Source: Amoebophrya sp. A120
Lineage: Eukaryota > Protista > Dinoflagellata
DNA length: 64,000 nucleotides
NCBI GenBank assembly: GCA_905178155.1
Contig: CAJINV010000001.1
Coordinates: forward strand, 8,339,599 to 8,403,598
Reading direction: 5' to 3'
Of the stretch, positions 34,771 to 46,361 are shown piece by piece (positions within the stretch are counted from its first letter, which is position 1; every line of letters starts with the position of its first letter). The notes below the pieces were generated by a model. The model was not told the origin of the DNA, did not search any database, and worked only from the letters and a program-made list of their open reading frames with translations. The position numbers and the translations under genes were made by a program.

Positions 34771-36024
34771 CTAGCCGTAAATCATTTCAATGGTTGCGGT
34801 TTCTACCTCTTCATAGGGAGGTATCAGCTCCCACAGATTTCTCGTGACTTTTTCGAGTGCATCTTTTAGGTTTGCCGAAGCGTCCCGTGGTGCTCCAAAT
34901 CCTTGCTCTGCAACATCTTTGTTATTCTCCGCCATCTCATTTCCAGTCATCGCCGTTGAGCGACCACTTCCTGCTCCCATGTCCAACCATGCACACGCCT
35001 GCCCTCGTTTCTCCCACGCACCCTTGTAGCCGAAGTCGCTGGGGCCCAGCCAGGGAAGGAACGGCGGCACGAACTCCGGATAGTCATTTCTGTTCGTGAC
35101 ATGCAGATGCAGATACGGCACACTTGCCTTGACGCCCCACCATCCACTGTAATGGGTGTTGTGGACGCAGAAATAAAGCGGTTCCACCTTGTCGCTGACA
35201 ATTTGGCGCTGCCTTCTCGCGTAGTCCGTCGCGTTCGTGTTGTTTCTGCTCGGAATCAGCTCGCTCTCGACGAATCTGTCCCAAATAGTTGGTTGCGCCG
35301 TTGGGCTTGTTCTGCCATTCGGGATATCTTTCAGGTAGAAATACGCAAATCCGGAGACCACCATGTCGTGCAGAACAGAGATTTTCCCGCAGTCCTGCTT
35401 CAACTCCTCCAGGGTCTCAAAGTACCCCGGTTTCGCCAGAATGCTCAAACTCGCGTTGCTGCTTTCCGTACTGAAAAGCGAAAACAGTTTCAACGGGTTG
35501 AAACTCGCTAGCGCTGCCCAGAGTGTCGCGAACAGTTTCTTCAGTAACGTTGTGAGTTTCCACTCCAGCGTCTTGCCGGCGGGGTTCCACATACTGATAA
35601 TGCGATTGCCGGCTTGCAGGTAGCGCTGGAAGGCGGCGGGAATGGGCGGCGGAAATGACGGAGGAGTTAGTTCTCTAATATTCTCGTCGAAAACTCCTGC
35701 ACGTTCGGCCGCTGCGTGAGAGGATGTTGCGTCTCCCGGTCTCACAGCACCTCCTGTCTTCCAAGTTTCCAGAAAGTCTTCCGGGTACACCAGTCCGACG
35801 TGCCTGGCGCATCGCTCCCGGTTCTCAACAGTTGGTATCGGACCCCAATCACCATACGAAGCGAAGCACTGTGCGCCTTTGTTGTAGTGGGAAAAATCGG
35901 CTGGCAGGTCGCGTTTGCAAACAGGTGCGTCAGTGCGGGTGTCTGCGGCATCAATTGAAGACGCGTAGTACAGCAGTAGGTGGAGCACCACCCACGGAGT
36001 CCGCGAGGAGAACGCTGCCTTCAT
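34771..36024 (-). CDS. Putative secreted protein with HIT-like motif, single exon
   Basis: 417-aa ORF with a hydrophobic N-terminus and SVPYLHLHV. Confidence 0.75.
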   Translation of the reverse strand: MKAAFSSRTPWVVLHLLLYYASSIDAADTRTDAPVCKRDLPADFSHYNKGAQCFASYGDWGPIPTVENRERCARHVGLVYPEDFLETWKTGGAVRPGDATSSHAAAERAGVFDENIRELTPPSFPPPIPAAFQRYLQAGNRIISMWNPAGKTLEWKLTTLLKKLFATLWAALASFNPLKLFSLFSTESSNASLSILAKPGYFETLEELKQDCGKISVLHDMVVSGFAYFYLKDIPNGRTSPTAQPTIWDRFVESELIPSRNNTNATDYARRQRQIVSDKVEPLYFCVHNTHYSGWWGVKASVPYLHLHVTNRNDYPEFVPPFLPWLGPSDFGYKGAWEKRGQACAWLDMGAGSGRSTAMTGNEMAENNKDVAEQGFGAPRDASANLKDALEKVTRNLWELIPPYEEVETATIEMIYG

Positions 36025-36443
36025 CGGATCTCAGTTGGAGGTCAAAACGGTAAGGAGAGGCGTACTAGATGAAGATCGGTAGTGATTAGGCTAACCTACT
36101 TACTCGTGTCGAGCTCGTGAGTTGATCGCAGTGCTTTTTTGGATTACAATACAGTGACCGTGAAGCCATGCGCCAACTCTGAGATGCTCTCGCATGGGCA
36201 TGCCGTAGATTTGTACAAGAACATTGAAATTCATCCAAGCGAAGGAGTTGAATTCACTGTTTTACAGCGTTCTTGGTGAGGAAGTTCAAAATGAGATTTT
36301 TTTTTTGATCATGGGTCACTTTTCACTTCACGGTAGTTTTTCTGTTCATCACCCCACTGCCCCAATGCGAACCTCTGCTGTTTGCCAGCAAAAGTCTACA
36401 TTCCGTTTAGCATCTTCCTCAATTCCGAAATTGATCATCTGTC

Positions 36444-38711
36444 TCAAATTTTTTCGTTTTCGATGTGAAACTTGGCAATGTCCAGACAAAACGCACAGAG
36501 TGGCACTTTGTCATAGGTTCCCGTTTTTTCGTAGTCCATATTCAGAAGCACCTCGTCTTCGCAGCGAGACAGAAAATCCGCCCGAAGCTTTTCCACCCGA
36601 GTGTGCGTAATCCGCGTCGGCAAGTTCTCCTCGCTAAACTCGAGCTCGCACAGGCCGCACCGCAGTCGTCGGTTGCGCTTATTCGATTGCTGCATGGCGG
36701 CAGAATCGCCATCCAGGACGTCCTGCGGATCCGGAATGTGTGCCGTGGTCGCCGTCAGCTCCTTCCAAACAGCATCCACTGCTGGAAGCACCGGTGCGAG
36801 TTTCGCGTTCTTCGCGCGCTTCGACTCGTTGGCAGTCTCGGTTGACCTTGGTAAAATGAAGTTGTGAAAATAGCTTTTGCACTTCCATTTCGATACAAAG
36901 AAATCAAAAACTTATAACTGCAGAAACGCAACAATACACAACCAACCAAAGAACAGTGTATACTGCAAGGCGACGGCCGCCGCTCCGCCGAACTGTAGGT
37001 TCATCAGGTCGGTCGGAGAAATTTGATCTGCTGCGTCTTCGTCTCCCTCGTACTCTGGTGGCTTCGCTAAGAATTTCTTCGACTTAAACAATGCTTCCTT
37101 CATCCTCTCGTACCGGTGCTTCAGGCTGAGATATCGCTTCTGCGCAAAACTGAAATTTTTCCGCCTGGCTGCGGTGGCGCGCTTCTTCTTTGCCGTTATG
37201 GCGTTTAAGTTCTGCTGGTGCTGCGCCACTTCGTCGGACACGGATTGCTCGTGTGGACCACTTCCGGTCGTAGCTCCAGGACCTCCTGGCTCGGTGGTTG
37301 CCACCAGCATCAGGTTCGCATTTGTTGCGCGACTTGGGTCTTGGTCGGCGTTAATATCCTCTAGATGAGGAGCGTGTGCACCATTTCCCTCCTCCTCGAC
37401 ACTTTCTTGCTCGTCCTTTTTCGCACACTGTCTCTTCCGGTCTACTTTTTCGAGTCGCAGCTGCTCTGCCTCGGCTAAGCGGCTGCTGACCTCTTCCTCT
37501 TTTCTGCGAATGCGTTCCGCGAGCGTGCGTTCGCGCGCTGCAAGCATCTCCGCGCGCCGCTGCTGCACCTCGAGGATGTGGCGATGTGCTTTTGAAACCG
37601 CTTTTTCGTTGCTGTTTTCTCGATTTTTCCTTCCACCCCCGACTTCATTGTCTTCGCTACCGGCGTTTGGAACGCCGGTACTGTTCTTGTCAAGAAGCGC
37701 TGCTGCAGCAGTGGTGTTCACTCCCCCGAGAAAAGCGTCGACGCTGTCGTCATCATCGTCAAACTTCGTAATCTCGTACAGTTTACTCGTGTCGTAGTGG
37801 TTGCTTTCCTCCATACTTTGTTTCTTCGCGGCCTCAGCGGCCAGCGCCTGCTGCCGCAGCTGCTCTAGGCGCTGCTTTTTTTTCCTTTTCCGCAGCCGGC
37901 TCGCCTTTCGTCGCATCTGCTCCAACTGTTCAAGCCGCAGCTCCGATTTCTCCTGCTTGGCCTCCAACTTCCGGCGCCGCTCCGCCGAGGCCTCTCTGGT
38001 TCTCTGTTTCCACTCGGCCCGTTTGACCTCGAGAAACGCAGCCCGACACTCCGCTTCGTATCGCCGCTGCTGCTCCTCTTCCTCGGCCTGTCTGCGACGC
38101 TCTGCGATTGCGAGTTGATTCGAGCAGCCCGCCGAGGTCTTGGCTTTGGTGACGCACAGCGCGAACTCCTTTTCGTCGTACAGCGCGAGCGCCTTCTGCG
38201 AGTTGTTATTGCTTCCAGACGCTGGTGCACCTGCGTAGGGCACAATCGCGCTGCTTTCCTCGCGATCGGTAATTTGCAGCAGCGACGGAAGTAGAGACGA
38301 AGATGCCAACCCATCTTCGATTGCCAGGGCGCGTCTGTTTTTCTCGGTCGGGGAACTTCGGACCGACAGCGCGGGTGCGACGGGCACCAGATCGTGACAA
38401 GTCGCTTGCGTAGTACCTCGATTGGTGTTTCGTGCAAACCTTGCGGCCTCGTCAGACACAACAGCACGCACCGACCGCCCCGCCCCCCTCGTGCTGCTGC
38501 CACTGCGCACGTGTTTTGCAGCGAGCTGCAGCTTCCGCGCTTCGGCCGCTTTCTTGCGGTTCTCTTCTCGCCGTGCCTCTGCCTCTCGCTGTTTTTGCTC
38601 CGCCTGGTACTGCTCCCGCGCCAAGATGATTTCCCGCTCGAGCCGCGCGCGCTGGATCTTCTCCAGCCGACGGAAGCCAGGGAACATGATCCTTGCATAA
38701 GCACGTAACAA
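36444..38711 (-). CDS. Coiled-coil protein with C-terminal CxxC...CxxC (start uncertain)
   Basis: 599-aa E/R/K/Q-rich ORF spliced (GT-AG) to an exon with CGLC...LCAFC. Confidence 0.75.
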
Positions 38712-39140
38712 GTACTTTTAGTTTTCAAGGTCGTCGAGTCAGGTTCTTCCCTCACTTTCTCTGTCTCTCTCTGACGTTTTCGAGTCTCCTGCCTATTTGC
38801 CATTGCGTAAGAGCTACTTAGTTGACAGCTTCCTAGTTTTCGGGGCTCTTCAGCTCATATCCAAAGCATTGCACCCCCGCCTGCCGTGGTGGGGAGTCGA
38901 ACAGCAGCGCTGTCTGATTTGTTTCATTCTGAGCTGCCAATTCGTTTTCACTTTTCTCCATTTCTCTTCTACAGATTCCACATTAGGCATCAAACTTAAA
39001 GGTTCATTCGGGAAAAAACAACATGATATAAGCTGCAACGTCTCAAGGTGAGATTTGGATAACCAAACCGCAGGAATGATCCAAAGGGCGTGATCATCTA
39101 CTTACTAACTCACCCGAGGACAGCAGCACGAGCAGCTCGA

Positions 39141-40239
39141 TCAAACAGCACCTTTCATCGCCCCCGCACTCCCCACTGCGCTTCCACTCATTTGCGGCAC
39201 GCCACACGGCTTCGAGCCTGGGACTGCATCGCAGCCCGGTGCGTTGAGGTGGATGGGCTGCGCCTTCAGGTAGATGCAACTCGTCGTCAATGCGGGTGCG
39301 GAGATGGTCAATTTGGAAAAGGACGCGAGTCCAAGTGTTTTCGCGGTGTCCCCGAGGCACGTGTTGAAAGCGTCAATGCCGGTACAGGTCTCGTACGGAC
39401 AGGCGCCAGTTTTGGTCACGCACCTGCACCCGTTGGGCGACACTTTTTCGGACAGCCCCTCGGCGAACCCACCAATGAAAGCCCTGTTGGGGTTTTGATA
39501 CGGAGACGTGAGGAGAAGTTCCGACGTCAAAAGAACGCGTTCTAGAAAAAAGCAGGACTGCACTGTGTCATACAGGTACAGCATGGTAGCAGGGACCATC
39601 AAATTCAAACGCTTTTGTCAATAAGGACTCTGCGTTCTCTCCTACATACCGATATTCCGTGCACGAGACCCCGGCGTCCGGAAAGTCCTTCGTGGCCTTC
39701 TCTCCCAGCTGGGCACAAACGTCATCCGGCGAAGCCACCGCACTTCCCGCGGCAGATCCCGACCCCGCACCCGCGCCGCTGAGCGACTGTTCGTAGACAG
39801 CCAGCGCTTTGTCGTAGGAAATCGGCGGTGTCGGCCCTAATTCCGGAAAGGGTTCGGAGAAACTTCCCGGCGCACTAAAACTTCCCCAGCTGCCGACGCT
39901 ACCCATACTGCCGATGCTGCCCATGCTCCCAACACTCCCCAGGCTGCCCAAGCTTCCGACACTGCCGACCGCGCTGCCGAAGCTGCCCATACTTCCGACA
40001 CTGCCGGCACTGCCTGTAGAGCCAGCAGCTGCGGTGGAAGCTGCGGCTGCGGCCGCCGGCTCCTGCTTTTCCTGCCCACGAAAAGATTTCCCGCGTGCAT
40101 TCTTCAAAAGCAGGAACGCATCGGTTGTTTGGACGTCGACGAGAAAAAGCCCAGACAGGCAAAACAAGCGAACGAAAACCCAGTTCTCGTGCCTCCGCCG
40201 CCGTGGAGGCGGGAAGGGGGCGCCGAAGCCCACGTCCAT
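39141..40239 (-). CDS. Putative secreted or surface protein with GSx repeats and Cys-rich C-terminus
   Basis: Two ORFs needing one short intron near 39543-39600. Hydrophobic N-region and about 16 GSx tripeptides. Confidence 0.65.
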
Positions 40240-40765
40240 AATTTGTGATAATCTTGACTCGCAAGAAATTCAAACCGTTTGGACCAGTTTCCATCCAAGA
40301 TGCTTCATGCCGCTCATCAAGCCACTCGCCTTTGTCTAGCTCACTCGTCTCGCTCCCGAGCAGTGGGTAGATCTACTTTCCCGCCCGTTCTCACTCGTGC
40401 TCGATTCGCTAAACCAGTCGGTCTACTCAGTAAAGCAACAGCAGAGACGAGGGCTTCCAGTGGAGAAAAACCATACACGGAAGCATGTGGAAGGAACACT
40501 TGTTATGAACAATCTATGTTTTCCCGGAGGAGATAGAACAGCCAGTGCGCTACTCTTGCTAGATTTCGTCGCTTTGAAAGAAGAAATTGTCGCTGCCAGT
40601 TGATGATTCGGTAGTTAACCTCAATCACAGAAGTGGGTTCTGCGCGATTCCAAGCAAAGTAAAAATTCGTCACAGTGAAAAATACTCTACCTAGTAAACA
40701 CGGCAGAAGCTGCATCTGGAAACAGAACTCAACGAATGCATTCTGTCCTGCACGTATTTCCCTTC

Positions 40766-42033
40766 TCACTGCTGCGGCATCTGGATGCTCGGATTGGTCG
40801 CGCGCAAATTCGTTCTTTGCCGAAACTGGCGCACCGCGTCGTCGTCGGTTGCTTCCTTGCTCCGCTCGTTCTTCGGCACGTAATCCGCCTGGAACCGGTT
40901 TCCGTACACTTGTCCCACGAGCTTCTGCGTGTTCGGGTTCAGATTTGCCTGCCGCATGCGGGCCTCCCGATGCGCCTGGGCGGCCATTTTCTCGAGCACC
41001 TTCTTCTTCGCCTCCTCGGCGGCAATCATGTTCTGCACGCGTAACTCCGTCGAGACCTCCACTTCGGCCAGCCCCTGAGTCCAGTTCATGTTCTTCTCGC
41101 TGTCGTCGAGCTGCATGCCGCCCTGGATCTTCAAGTGCTCTGGAATCGCGAACAGTTGCGCCTCCGCGCTCTCCTTCGCATCCTCGGGCTTCTTCGCGGC
41201 ATCGGCGTTCGGATCCGGAACCGCTTCCCCGCGTTCCTCCGCCAGTTTTGCGGCAATGAAGGCCTCCATGTGCTCTTGCTCGCGGGATTTCTGGTTCGCC
41301 CGCTCGTCCTTTGCGAACGCCAGTTCGACGTGCGCTTTTTTCGCTGCTTTTTCGTTTTCGTTCTCCTATCCTGAGTAAAAACGTCCCCACCCCATAGTTG
41401 TAATGCTAAAGGAATTGCAGCACACTTTGCCCCCCCCTCTGCCCCAGGCCGCAGATGGCTTGACACGCAGGGGGGGTAGGTCAGGCGGACACCGAAGTGC
41501 CATCACCATCATCTCCCGGCCACTTGTAATGCAGATTTGCGGTTACAGGAAGATTTGTAATGCGCATCCCCATGAGAAACATTGCCAATCGTGTTCTGGA
41601 CTTTGTAATGCTGTAAACAGGATGAGTAGATGGATTTGTATTGCGGCTGTACTTGCTAAACTGCACTACAATACAAAGAGGACTTTGTCATGCTTGGCTC
41701 CCACAACTTCCCACTTTGTGATGCGAGATCCCCATTTTGACTCTGGGGTGGGGACGTTTTCACACTGGATATCTCCTCCTCCGACTTCTTCTCCTCCATT
41801 TCGTCGTGCTTTCTTTTCGAGGTCCCGTCGGCGCGGACGCCCACGCGAAGCCTTCGGGCCTTCTGGATCTCCTTCATGTCGACCACGTCTGCTGTGCCCT
41901 CCGCATTGTAGTTCCCGTCCTCGTCGCTGCCCGCCTTCGCGTCCTCCGCTGCAGGCTTCGCGAGAACGTCCTCCGGGTCACTCTCCACACCCTGCCGCTT
42001 GCCCGTGTCGACTCGCCGCTTCTTGCGAAACAT
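40766..42033 (-). CDS. TLS1/C9orf78 (HCA59 family) spliceosome-associated protein
   Basis: HMEAFIAAKL, LFAIPEHLK, GLAEVEVSTELRVQNMIAAEEAKK and ATDDDAVRQFR match my recollection of the family. One TIR-element intron. Confidence 0.8.
41367..41771. mobile_element. TIR introner (family C), 405 bp
   Basis: IR TATCCTGAGTAAAAACGTCCCCACCCCA / TGGGGTGGGGACGTTTTCACACTGGATA. Perfect TSD TCTCC. Removal gives SEEENENEK. Confidence 0.93.
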
Positions 42034-42882
42034 GGTGAAAGGTTAGGTTTTTCTGGTGGTAGTGGTAATACAAAGTAGTAGTAGGAGAGGAGAATGGAAA
42101 AAATTCGACTTTACAACGTCTGTGCCCGGCTCGTCGAGGGCAGGAAAATATGTTGAGACGAAGACGTGATGTTGCTAAAATTGCTGATGCTACTTTGACC
42201 TGTCAACAAATCTCCTTCGCTCAAATTCTGTTGTGGAACGCTGTGTGGTGATATTATCGGAGAAATTTTGTTTTCGTAGTTCTGCTCGTGAGGTTTCTTC
42301 GCAATAAATCCGGTGGAGATCTGGCTACTGTCTACAACGAATCCGAGGGCGTAGTGTCCTGCCGATTCCACAAGTCGATTGCGAAGCTTTTTCGATCGAA
42401 GTTTCGGTGCTGTCCTCGGGCGATCGATAATTTTGGGGTGGGGTAAAGTGGTAGGAGTGGGTGCGAGCATTTTTGATCGAAATATTTTCTGCGGTCGGCA
42501 AAAACGTGGGCGGAAAAATTTTGCTTGAACAGGGGTGTGTGGAAGATGAAGCATATGGGTGTAGTATATATAAAAGAAGTGGGATCTGTCGATTTTGAAG
42601 CTTAGAAAAATCTCGATTCTGACCGAAACGAAAGGAAGAGTCGGAGACAAGTACTTTCGCTTTAATACAGCATCAGAACAGTTTCCTTCCCTCACATCGT
42701 ACCGATTTTTTCTGCCTGTCGTGGCAACAGATTCGATTTTGAAATCGTTGGCGTGACTTTCTTTTTTTTGAGACATCCTGCAATTTCAATAAGAAACCGA
42801 CTACTAGGAAGGAAATTTACTAATTTGGCCAAGTGCTAGTAATAGTACCGGTGAAGTTTCTCCGCCACGCAAGAAAATTTTC

Positions 42883-42954
42883 TAAAATCACCCCGCACAA
42901 GCTCTAAAAACTGCGTGCTGCGTCCTTGAGAGCTTAAGCAAAGATCACTGTTAA
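42883..42954 (-). promoter_or_regulatory. Candidate SECIS element
   Basis: Minus strand GUGAU-CUUUGCUUAAGCUCU-cAA...AGAGCUUGUGCGGGG-UGAU: quartet, about 14-bp helix and apical AA. The helix is slightly longer than canonical. Confidence 0.4.
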
Positions 42955-43214
42955 TGATTCGAAGCCGTGATAAAATCGGAAACTACGAACTGCATCACCC
43001 AAGCATCAACATACGGCAAGAACCAGCGAGGCAAAACTTCCCGAAACTTCTGCAGCCATCCTTTTTCAAAAAGTGAAAAGAAAAAACGGATAGGAATGAT
43101 GCCCCCCTCCCGGTATTGGCACAGCACAATTCACAACTGATTCCCTCTCCTGTCGCCCCAGTGAATTGCAACGGGATCCTGGTTACTTACGAGGACAGCA
43201 CCAAGATCATCAAG

Positions 43215-44164
43215 CTAGTGTCAGGTAGCACAATCTTTGACCAGTGGCATCCCTTGCTCTTGCTCTTCCCCGGTAGAATTCTTCTGCGCGTCTTCCCCAG
43301 CCACGTTTCGCTTCGCCTCCTGGTACAAACTGGAGAACTTCCCGACAATGTCCATGTGGATCGCCGTGGAGACCGCGAGAAGAACCGTGCCCAAAGTGGT
43401 GTAGTATTGGATCAGCTTGCTGGTCAGAAGCGGGTTGAAGCTGATATCGAGCACCATCTCAATCGTCTGATCCACCTGCCCCGCCATCTTGTATGACTGC
43501 ATGCAGATCTGTAGAGTAGGACATACCCCATGGAAGGAGACCTCATGAGTTTCTGAAGTTTGAGTTTGTTGCTGTTCCCGGAAACAATCGTACATCCAAA
43601 ATGAACTTTTTCTTTTCTATCAGGCACGAGGAAAACATGTTCAAATTCTTCTATTACCGCAAAACACATGTTGCGCATGGGTCCGATGACGAGACAGACC
43701 GTGGCGAGGGCCATCAGCACTGCGGCAGTCCTATCCTTCGGATTGTACACGTACTGCGTCAAATTTGTCAGCAAGGCCAGCATCAGTGCCGCTTGGAACA
43801 CGTAGCTTGCCTCTAGTGATTCCTTGGAGACCGCGAACCCCAAGAGCGATCCCGCGAGCGCGGGCCAACATCAGTGTGCGACGCACATCGGAAACGCGAG
43901 CAGGGCCGTCCCGGCCGGGCCGAGGGTGCCGAACCAACCGCTATTTTTCTGTGGGGTCTGGTCTGGCATGGTGCCGGTGGCATCTTCAACGGCCGCTTTT
44001 TCCAGGTCTCGGCCGCTCGCCGAGGAGGAGGAACTCTGATCCCTGCCTAATTCTTGTGCAGTCGACCTGGTGGAGCTGCTACAGGAGGCAGGCTGCAGCT
44101 GTCCGTCACTTACTCCTAACGCTGCGGCAGTGCGGCCGGCCGCCTCGCCCCGCTGAGAAACCAT
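43215..44164 (-). CDS. Multi-TM membrane selenoprotein (MSP-like) with two in-frame TGA codons
   Basis: The frame continues across TGA 43871-43873 (MCVAH-U-CWPAL) and TGA 43221-43223 (DCAT-U-H-TAG). One GT-AG intron at 43509-43657. Confidence 0.75.
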
Positions 44165-44732
44165 GCCGGTCTGAATCGAAAACGTTGCAGCTACATCTTG
44201 TGAAAGTAGTTGTCTACAGGCATTTGTGGACTCACTGAAGATCGCCTCGCATGACAAAACTGCAGGGTTCAGCGAATTTCCACCTCTTCAGTGACGCCCC
44301 GCTTCAACAACTCTCAGTCGTCGCTTTGCATACATTTACCCAACATGGAACGTGTCCCTCAAAGTTTGTAGTTTCTACGTTGGCGCTCTACGTACTACAC
44401 TCTCCCCCACTGCACTGCAAAACCACAAAACAGAATATTACGAAGCAAACAGAATGGCACCCGACGCGAACACGAACACGATTCTCGACCACTGGAGACC
44501 TGAGGTTCAACAAAATGAAAAGTGGCCCAGTCGCCGCTTTCGTGTCGAAAGCATTTACTTTTTACTTATCTTGTCGCCGAAGATCTGTATCAAGAATCCA
44601 ATGCGTGTACTACAGAATGTGTCGCTAGTGTCAACATATGTTCCCAAGACAAATGTAGTAGACATCTTTGGTCTTTGTCGCATGAATGTGGTCGTGGTGG
44701 TTGTGAGCAGCAAAGCTATGTTGCGGAAAAAC

Positions 44733-46361
44733 CTAGTACGCAATCCCGATTTTCCCCCGGAGTTCCTCCACCCCGGACGTTCTTCGGTTGCCGCCCTCCA
44801 GCGCCGATTTGCGCTCCTCTTTGCGCTCTGCTTTGCGCTTCTTCCACTTCTCCCACTGCTCTTCGCAATTATTGAAAATTCCGTCCAATGGCGTTTTGCA
44901 CTCCGGACATTTTTTTGACTTCGCCCAGTTCTTCATGGCGCAACTCTCGCAGAAGTAGTGCTTGCAATTCGTCACTATCGGCGGACTTTTGTTGTCTGCC
45001 CACCTCTTTTTGCAGGTCGCGCAAATTTCTGGCATCTTCAGCTTGGCGTCTGTTTAAGTGGTTCAGCATTCATTTGTTCACTAAAAACTTCATTTTTGCA
45101 CGAAAGGAGAAGATCAAGATGCAAGAACCAGGAGGACATTCATCATTCAACATAGCAGTAGAAAATATCGCATCAAGATCTTCAAAGTACAACAACTGTG
45201 CACCAATCTAATATCTTTACCTTCTGCCGTGAGATTTTTCTCATCATCCGAGTCGTCTTCGCTGGTGCTGATATCCTCTCCCGCGTCGACTCGTCGGCAG
45301 CGCTCCATGCGTTTTTGCAGTTTTTCCTGCTTCTTCTTCTGCTCCTCCTCCCACTGCTTGTCTAACTTCCAGCCGCCGGTGTGCTCTATTCTGGTGTGCA
45401 TGAAGATGCAGGCGTCTCCGTACCCACAGAACCCGGTCTGCATGTACTCCTTGCACACACCACCGTCGCCACTCATACCCCAGTAGTCGAACCGGGTGAT
45501 GCTCCGCGCGGTGGTGCTTGCTCGCACGGGGCCCATGTTATCCTGAGTAAAAACGTCCCCGCACCAGAGTTAAGATGTTGGGAAATCCGCTAGACAAATC
45601 CATAAGCTTTGGCTGTTTCGCATGACAAATTTGGACGCGTAGTGTAGTGCTGTTTGAGCTAGTTCAGCAGCATTACAGATCTAGTATCTCATGCTGATTG
45701 GACCATGACAAATTTCCAAACCGCATTAGAAAATGCTTCTCATGGGGCTCCGCATGAGAAACATTTTAAACATGCAGAGCTGCATGACAACTATGGTGTG
45801 GGGACGTTTTTACACAGAATACATGTTCCCGGTGATTTTGTTTTTCGACAGTGCCCCCTCGCTCTTCCCGATGTACTCCTTGCGCGCGTTCTGCCCGCGG
45901 TAGATGCCCGCGTCGAGGTTGCCCTCGTCTAGTGCGGACTTGATTTTCATGTTGCGCTCGTGAATGGACCGCTGATCCTGGTTGATGTCGGTGTCAATCT
46001 TGATATTCCTCGTAGCAAAGTCCTTCCCCGTGAGCTGCTGGCTGATCCCGAACTCGCTGGTCACGGAGTAGATATCTCCCGCCGCCTCCACCAGCGCACT
46101 GCCGGCGTCGCCCTGCTTCCATTTGGTGCTGCTTGCACTGCCGCCGAACTGGTTCTGCTTCACTGCGTTACTCGATTCTGGGTTTTTCAAGTTTCCCGTC
46201 GCGCGGCCCAGTGCCTGTCTTTTCGCCGCGTGCACGATCACGGTCTCGTCGCTGTCTGGTTTGTTGATGTTGTTGTTGGTACCCGCTTCTTCAGGCGCCG
46301 CAGCGGCGGCGTCCTGCTCTTGTTTCGCGGGCCCGGTCGGCCCCTTACGCTTCTTGAACAT
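44733..46361 (-). CDS. CWC24: CWC24/RNF113A splicing factor (CCCH + RING)
   Basis: GPVRA...RFDY...CKEYMQTGFCGYGDACIFMH...GWKLDKQW and RING CATC...IVTNCKHYFCESCA...CPEC. One TIR element and one GT-AG intron. Confidence 0.92.
45539..45821. mobile_element. TIR introner (family C, opposite orientation to 41367), 283 bp
   Basis: Perfect TSD CATGT. Removal gives TGNMGPVRA. Confidence 0.93.

Noticed and set aside
39543-39600. Possible 16-22 nt micro-intron or frameshift
   Set aside because: An ordinary GT-AG intron of about 55 nt ending in a pyrimidine tract also restores the frame.
43170-43212. AUGA-containing hairpin directly after the selenoprotein stop as SECIS
   Set aside because: Its pairing register does not form the GA quartet and it is too close to the last UGA.
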